In this document: one piece after another, positions 55,937-64,000 of the stretch | Numbering within the stretch: position 1 is the first letter of the stretch | How the letters are laid out: each line of letters begins with the position of its first letter | NCBI RefSeq assembly: GCF_001194135.2 | Contig: NC_068996.1 | Location: 25,324,925-25,388,924 of the forward strand | DNA: 64,000 nucleotides | Direction: 5' to 3' | Source of the DNA: Octopus bimaculoides | Lineage: Eukaryota | Program-made: the position numbers and the translations under genes | Notes under the pieces: model-generated | Database searches by the model: none | Seen by the model: only the letters and a program-made list of their open reading frames with translations | Told to the model about the DNA's origin: nothing

Positions 55937-58900
55937 ATATGTATGTATGTATAAGCAGATCAAAAAGTTATAGGTTATAGGCGAGTGTGTGATTTCATTT
56001 TAGTTTTCCTACTTTCAGTTCTGTATAAGGAGCTTAGTTGACAAGTTTCAATAGTTACAAAAACACCTAGTAGAAAAGCCAAAAAACATCAAGTAATCTG
56101 TTAACATGGTAACTCATATTCTTTCAATCATTTATTCTAATTGATTAACTTGTCTCTGTTTTACCAAATGTTATTACTAATTAATGTATTCTGTTATATA
56201 GCCTTTATTACTTCATTTTCAAAGGAATGTACAATTACTAATTGTATGAAGCAAAGAAATGCTGATTAGTATTTCAACAAATATAATTTTGGCACAATCT
56301 CTTAAGAGTGTTTTTGTGTGTGTGTGTGTATGTCTGTGTGTGTTTAACATATTCAGACATATTGTTGACATTGATGTTGCTGTATTCCTAGTTGGACTGA
56401 GATATAACTTTAGTAATTTTTAAAGTAATTAAAACATTGATTTAAGTACAAATATTTAAGTATATTTTAGCTAAAAATAAAAAGGCTTTGATATTTTTGT
56501 AAAATATTTTTCATATACGGCTTACCTGACTTATGCACAAAATTCTTAATGTGTGTATAATGTAACGAATGATCCTTGGTAAATGCCTTGTATATAGCTT
56601 TTTAAAAATAGTTTAAATGGAAATAATAACAAAATGATAAATTCCGGACACTATTTTCTATGAATAAAAAAAAAATTGGTAGAAATTTCTATTTAATTTA
56701 CTCAGGTGTTCGACTGTATGAAACAACAGTTTTCAGATTTAACTCTGTGTATATGAAAACTTAGTGACTTTTCTCCTACTGATGATTGGGGAAAATGTTG
56801 GTAGTATTTAATTCTTATTAAAGAATGCTAATTGCATTAAATATTTGGAATTAGTTTGAGAAGCAAAATTAACTTCAGTCCTACCAAACTGCTTCACTAC
56901 AATATGTACAAACTAACAGAAGAGTACATGCTCCATGTAGTAACTAAATCTCATAGTTTGTTCAGTTGAAAGACCTATCAAACTAGAAATTTTATATTTC
57001 AAATGTCCAAGATGTTGGACACGTTTTTCTCCATATTGTCTCTCAAGTTGATGAACAACAAAAATCATAAGACTAAACATAGCATTTTAAAAGTGATTCT
57101 TCATTATTGGTAACTAAGCAAATCTGTATATATTTACTGGTGGCATCAAAACCCTTTCTGTATTTCATAACTGAGACAGAATATGTCTTTGGTATAAAGA
57201 TATTCAACTAACTTAATTTATTTTTAAAAAAATGATCATACTTTAAAATATAACACTGTAACTCATACATCATACTATTACAATTTACAAAAGACACTGT
57301 TCTTCATAATAACCTTCCCAAAGTGTTTTTTAGTTATGATTGTAATATATTTCTTCAAATGTTGTATTTAGTAGGGTGAGCAACAAACTTTTTTTTTTTT
57401 TAAATATTTCATTTGAAATTTCTAATTTAGCTATTAAATTAAAAAAACAACTTATATGTTCATGACTTTAGCTATATATACATTTTATTTATTTATTTAT
57501 ATTTTTTTTGCTATTTTCATGGCTGCTTTTTATGCAAATGCTGTTGGTATTTTAGCTTAATTTATTATACATGCATGTATTATTTTTTTACTTTCTTATA
57601 CTGTAGAGTTGCCAACAAAAGTTTCTCCTCTTTGTTTTCTATTTTGTACACAAGGGTAAAATATTTGGGGATTTTTTTCTGTTGATATTTTTTCTTTTTC
57701 ATTCTTAAATTGTTCAGTTTATAGATTTTTTCAAAAAAAAAAAAAAAAAAAAAAAAATCTGATTAAAAACAAGATATTTATCTAGTTAAGGCCAAACAAA
57801 TGTGTGTATGTTTATAGACATGTGCACATGCTCTCTAGCTGGTTGAATCAAACAGTAGCATTATATCTCCTAACAAATCAAAAGTAAGGTTTTGTATCCA
57901 TATTATAGAGTATTACAAGAATATTTAGAATTAGACCAATCTTGCTCTACAGTCCTATTGTTGGTCCATCATTAAAAGAAGATTAATATAAGAATATGTA
58001 ATTTAAAAGCGCATAAAAAGAACCTACCATAAAACATCACTACCAGGTAGTATAAGCAGCCAATCAATGTTTAGCAGGTCATTTTGCAGAGGATGGTGTT
58101 GGTATCCTGATTGTCATCCATATTTCTATGAATATTTCCCATTCTTGTTTACAAAAAAAGACATTTGAGCACTTTTCAATTTGTGTAAACCCAGCACTTA
58201 TCTCTTTCCATGTATATTTATATACACATGTGCACACACATACAAACATGCAACTTGACACACTTCCTTGTGCATGCATTCCTGTACACCCATGTACAGT
58301 TGTTCGATGTTGGTGCAATTAACTGATTTCACACAAATTCAGCTATTTACTTTCTGCCTCTTTGTTTGGGCTAACTTTAAGGTTGTGTTAGCTTGCATTA
58401 AGTATTTTTTTTTGTTTTCTTTCTGTTGTTTGTAATTAAAATTTTGCAAACTTTGTAGGATTTCTTTTTAACCTGCTAGAACAAAATGTTGCATATCATG
58501 TAACATTAAAGAATGGTATGTGTGTGTGTGTTTGTGTATACCGTGTGTGTGTGTGTATGCACATGAACATGTACATACACACATTTGTCAGTGTGTGTGA
58601 TTGCACGTATTTGTGTAATGGATGGCAGTATATATGAAATACTCCTAAGTGCAAAGAAGTACTCAACGCTATTAGGTAGTGTGGAATAATATTTATTAAG
58701 AACTGCGTCTAAAGTCATTTTAAGATCAGGAATGAGACACCCCTTAATAATAACTCAAACCCTCATCTTTGAATATATATTGTATGCACATGTGTATGTA
58801 TCCTCTCTCTCTCTATCTCTCTCTCTTAAATACAAGTTGTATTTATACACAACCTTGTGCATTATGCATAGCCATGTGTCAATCTGACTGACTGAGTGGC

Positions 58901-60650
58901 AGAAATGCGAAAAAATAATTTTAACTTTTTATATTTCAATCTTATCTGTCTCTCATATATTTCCCTTCTCTCTTATTCTTTCTGTTTCTCTTTTCTGTCT
59001 CTGTCCTTTCTCTTATGAACATGGGCTATTTATGTGTTTTGGGATGGTATAACCACTTGCCCACACCACCAAACAATTCTCTCTCAACTCCTCAAAATCT
59101 TTTGAGAACTTCTCAATATGCCCCTGTTTCTTTCTGTGGAGACACTCCCACTCTCAGATGCTGAGGATATTTTTGCAACCCCATCCTCTCTATTTCTTTC
59201 ATATAATGGCAATAACCTTTCTACAAGGTCACATAAGATTGCCATCACACCCCTGTATTTGGTACCTAATGTCCACCCCTTCCCTTACTGTACAAATAAA
59301 ACATCAGATCTACAAGGTATTACATTGCAAGCAACTTGTTGAGGAGAGTAGTAACTCTGAATATGAATTAATACAGAGTTAAGTGACCCTTTAGCTCTCC
59401 TCATAAGATAAGACCTGATGCGGGTAGCATGATAAAATGCACCTAAAATATTTTATAAAGCTGTAGGTGATAGGAAGGGCATCACATCCAACCACTGAAA
59501 CCATGCCAAAATAGAGACTTAGACTCCACAAACTGTATCACCAGCTACTCTGCCCTCAAGAGAGCAGAAATAGCAAACAAATGAACTTATGTAGGTGAGT
59601 GGGGACTCTTTGGCCTTCTTTGCAGAGAAAAATCTCTAGTGCATGATAAAATGTGTTGTATATTAAGAAATATACAACATACAAGGTAGTTGGGTTTGAA
59701 GACAATGTGACAACTCATCCAGCTTATGCCAGAGAGAAAAAACATGTAAAATAATGATGTGTAAGTGTGTGTATATGTATTCCTGTATGTGTATTTAAGA
59801 GTGTCTAAACGATAAAAACTTAAAGTTAGCATTCAGCATATTAGATTTACATTCCAATAAACAGCTACAGCAGTGACCCAAAATAATTTTATTACCTTGG
59901 AAAGTGCTGTTAAAAAAGTGCTCAACTTAACTTTGGTTTAGTACCTGCCTGTTCCACAGTCCTAAATCATGTGCTTTGAAGTTCTGCCATAACTATTTCT
60001 GAAGAATTATTTTTAATTGAAGAATTTTCAGTAGTAAAATATAACTTTGATTACTTAAGCACACTGTTAGTTTACATATAATAACTACTATTAGACATGT
60101 TGTAGCATGAGTTTAAATATATATATTGTGTTTTACGTTTTTTAATGTTTTTTGATGCATGACTTTTAAAAGATTATATTTTGTGTTTTAAGTGGTTAGA
60201 GGGGATGATAATTTTTTTTCAAATATTCCCATATTTTAAAAAAATGTTTAGAATAATTCATACAATGAAATATAAATTTTAACCCTACAAAATTACTCTG
60301 AATATAAAGAGAGAAAAAAATTCATTTTAAAGCTAGCTTTTTAAAAAGCTTTATTACCTTAACAACTAACTCCGCTTGCACATTATTTGTTAAAGTATGT
60401 GTGTGTTGTATGTCACGGCTGAAGCACTAAATTACATACACAAGAGTCAGCCTGTCCATTTTTCATCTGCCATAGCCAAATTTATTTACTGAGAAAAATA
60501 TATAACTTTTTAAAGAAAAAAAAGAAAGCAAAATATGGAAAAAAATGTAAATGTTGTTGTCAATGTAGTGATCACCATGTCCCCTCTCACCACTCTTGGC
60601 ATGTTCCTCCTTGAATATGGCTCCTCACACATTTAAATTAACCTCATCAG

Positions 60651-60772
60651 AGTGGGAAACTTAAGCGCAGTGGCTCATTTTCCAAACTGAGAGCTTCCAT
60701 AAGGCGTAGCAGTGCTAAACTGGTCCAGAAACTGAAAGGCAGAGGATTTGGAGATTCTGACACACCTGGCAG
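60651..60772 (+). CDS. Klc: KLC exon 15 (SGKLKRSGSFSKLRASIRRSSAKLVQKLKGRGFGDSDTPG + AG), basic amphipathic-helix tail exon
   Basis: Acceptor CTCATCAG and donor AG|GTAAGG; 122 nt, phase 0 to 2. It matches the vertebrate KLC1 tail LKRSGSFSKLRASIRRSSEKLV (recalled). Confidence 0.93.
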
Positions 60773-60793
60773 GTAAGGATGAGTCTTCTAGTA

Positions 60794-60796
60794 GCT

Positions 60797-60830
<34 letters not shown>

Positions 60831-60860
60831 GCTGCTACTACTACTACTACTACTGTTGCT
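60794..60860. repeat. (CTG)n/(CTA)n trinucleotide repeat just downstream of the exon 15 donor
   Basis: Visible directly. Confidence 0.95.
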
Positions 60861-61238
60861 CTAATAATTATTGCCACCAGTTTTTAATATTATTAAAAAA
60901 ATCTGTGTGTGTGTGTGGGTGTGAGTGTGTGTAATGGCGCATACTCGTACAGATTGAAAATCTCTAAAGAATATTTAGGTGTTATATGTAAGAACTGAGT
61001 ATATGAATAGTTAGTTTGGGCCAAACAGTTCCAAATGTACTCACTATAAAACAAAAAATTTATTCAATTGAATTGCCAAATTAATATTAATTTCAACAAT
61101 TTTAAGGTTATTTCAGAGATTGACAAAATATTTTTTTAAAAATTCAAATTTATTTCCATGTATACTTTATTGGATGGGTGGATGGTACTGTTTTTTTTTT
61201 CTTTTTTCTTTTTTTTTTGTTTACCTTTTTTTTTACAG

Positions 61239-61278
61239 GGTGTGTCCCAGGGTTATTGCATGGATTTCTTTTAGTTGA
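61239..61278 (+). CDS. Candidate alternative terminal exon ((R)VCPRVIAWISFS*)
   Basis: Very long poly-T acceptor ending TTTTACAG at 61238; reads in phase 2 to TGA at 61276-61278. No homology support. Confidence 0.3.
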
Positions 61279-62931
61279 TATCTCATGAAATTAATGTTTG
61301 TGGCAATAGTTTTCCTTGAGATTTTGTAATTAGTTAGTCCATACATAAAAACACACACAAACAAATAGTTCAGATGTAGATTACTTTGTATAAACATATT
61401 CCTAATAAAAGCATTTCACTAAGAACCAAAATTGGCAGCATTTCCTTATGTCTGACACAATCAAGGAAAAGGAAACCAATGGCCATTTTTAAAGAAATAC
61501 GTTTTCATTTAGAATCACACTTGAACTATCTGCGTTTTCACTAATGACCTACAATAGATTAACATTTTAAATAAATAAATGTATTTGGCTAATTCTTAGA
61601 ATAAAAGGCATGCTACTTTCTTCCAAAATTTATGTCCATATATAAAAATTGTATATTAAGCTATTTTAAGATTTATTTTGACTCTTGAAAAATTTCATCT
61701 TCTTTGATTTCTTTGTTTTAAATGATTAATTGGTTACTGAGACTCTTAGTGTTACACAATTTTTATTTTTATTTATTTATTTATTTTTTGGTTAATTTAT
61801 TATTCATGACTTTTAGATGATAAACATTTTAATTTTCTCGGCATTTTCATTGAGCAATATTTCTTTGGTTGGTTTTATTTTTGTATGGTACTTATTGGTT
61901 GATGATATGTAATAATTAAATTAAACTTCTTAAATGAAAAGAGTCTAGAACTATTTAGTGTGTGTATGTGTGTGTGAAACATTTCTTAAAGACATCTCCT
62001 GTAAACATCTGATTGCTGTTGAATATTTGTATTTTTAAAATGTACTAGATGACACGGGCAGCTCTACTCACTTTTGATTCTTTTACTTGTATCCATTACA
62101 TCTACATTTACACTTAGAACATGTGTATTTTGTACTGTAGTTCTGAAATATATGTTTCTAAGTTTTGTCCTTGAGCAATAATCTTAAGGCTATTTACTTT
62201 GTTTTTTTGTTTTTTTTGTTTTTTTTATCTGATACTTGTACATGACATTTTTTTAAATATTTGACCATCTCTAAGCATTAGTAAAATATTTGAATAAGAA
62301 GAAAGACAAAATATAAGCTATTACAGAAAACAAAGCTGAATCTTTGAGGTTTATTCTTCAGAAAGAAAAAAAAAACAAAAAAAAAAAACAAATATGATTA
62401 ATAAACCTACATTTTTAGACATGAAATGTGACATTAATAGATGCAGTGTTATACTTCTAGTATAGTTTACATTTTGGATTCATGTAATTAAAACTGTTAT
62501 ATATAGTTTATTTATAACATTACTAATAAGTTAGGAGGTTTAATTAGTTTGCTTAATTATTTTAGTTGTAAGTTTTTACACTATAATTATTTCATTTTCA
62601 TGCCTTTCATTCTATAAAATTGTCAGTGCATTATTATATTTACAACTTTACTCTTATACACGAATATAATAAACATTTGGTTTATAAATAGTGAGTAGAT
62701 TTGTAAATTATTATTTTGCTAAACTTAGAATTTGCAAAGTTTACTAATGTTCTTATAATTTTATCTTTAAAAGTATGGTATACTGCAAATTCCTTTTTTA
62801 ATGACTTTACATGAGGAAAATTATATATATACTTCTAAATTAAATTTTATGCAAATATGAATATTTTCATATATTTGATATTTCCATCTGGATGTGTAGA
62901 CCTACACATATTCACACTCTTAATCACACAC

Positions 62932-62974
<43 letters not shown>

Positions 62975-62975
62975 T
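62932..62975. repeat. (ATT)n microsatellite
   Basis: Visible directly. Confidence 0.95.
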
Positions 62976-63827
62976 ACTTTTTAAAATTTTCTATCCTATT
63001 TAATCTCTTTTCATAAAATATATCTTATTGATAAGTATGTCCTATCTCTTATTATCGCCTCCCTAAATATTTGATATTCAAATTAAGATACCTAACATAT
63101 AGTAAAACTATATTTTGAAACTTTACAGGTATAATTCTCCAATTTACTCAGACTTTCTCTTTCTTTCATTGTTTTTTTGTCCCCCCTCCCAATTCAAATC
63201 TAATTACAAATAACATTCTTCTCAGTTAAACATTCCCCCATTATTTATGCTGTATGTCATTAATTCAGTCCTAAACCTGCTGCTCATTTCTAAATATTAT
63301 CTATTTGTATTGTATAATAATGCATCTGCAATTCCCAAAGGTAATGTTGGCAATCATTTTAACAAGCTATAATTAAACATTCTTTCAGTAGACAAATGTA
63401 TTTGAAAAAAATCTTAATTTGAATAGAACTAGAGTTTATTTTGAAATAATGTCATATCAGAAAAGAACTTTTCCTTTGGGTCAGATTGTGTTTCAGTGGT
63501 TAATACAATATAGTATGAAGAATTACTGTTCCTGCTACAGTATGCTATAAAACTATATCATCTATGTGCACTCATGCCTATAAAAGCACATCTGATGTTC
63601 CACATTCAATGCTTAGAACCATCATTTTTGAAGGATTGTTGGATTCTTAAATTGTTGCTTTCCTGGTTATGCATTAGAATTGTTTCAATACACAGAGCAG
63701 TCATGTTTGAATTATATTTGTAATGATTTACTGCGAGTATTTTAGCTAAAAAAAAAAAAGTATAATTAGATCCTGATAGTTTTGAAAATTAATCATACTA
63801 ATTTTGTTCCTTTCTTGTTTAATCCAG

Positions 63828-63863
63828 CAATTTGGACTCTCTTCTTGTCCCTTACACTCCAAG
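63828..63863 (+). CDS. Candidate 36-nt tail exon ((S)NLDSLLVPYTP + AG)
   Basis: Acceptor TTTCTTGTTTAATCCAG and donor AG|GTGAGG; symmetric phase 2-2 and open. Read-through gives ...YTPR*. Confidence 0.5.
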
Positions 63864-64000
63864 GTGAGGAGAATGATGAAAAACAAAAACAAAAAACACT
63901 ATAATAAAAAAAAATATCCTGATAGTCTTTATGAATCTGCTAACCAACCCAATAACTCAGTTCATCCAACCTCCCCCACTTGTTTTTTTTTTTTTTTTTT

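Overview
AT-rich, gap-containing eukaryotic genomic DNA. The repeat content and the protein indicate a coleoid cephalopod, most likely an Octopus species (inference). Almost the whole window is one + strand gene for kinesin light chain (KLC). I traced 15 phase-consistent GT-AG coding exons by hand from 2737 to 60772 (1826 nt, 608 codons + 2 nt). They encode an N-terminal extension (MEVTQTVKSYRIKKIEEIGK), the heptad coiled coil, an acidic LFP-type linker, six TPRs and a basic C-terminal tail; the main 3' end probably lies beyond the window. The most striking feature is a hidden, diverged duplicate of the 88-nt exon encoding TPR2 helix B (23657-23744 versus 29734-29821), which has every hallmark of a mutually exclusive exon pair inside the cargo-binding domain. 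Other candidate isoform switches are a 9-nt microexon and a LINE-derived 68-nt exon at the TPR5-TPR6 linker, tandem and alternative donors, several alternative C-terminal exons, an upstream in-frame ATG and a uORF. Introns hold tRNA-type SINEs, RTE and CR1-like LINE fragments, TTAA-flanked MITEs, a SWIM-like transposon fragment, fold-back hairpins and many microsatellites. No database searches were run; comparisons to squid or vertebrate KLC rest on recalled sequences and need checking.
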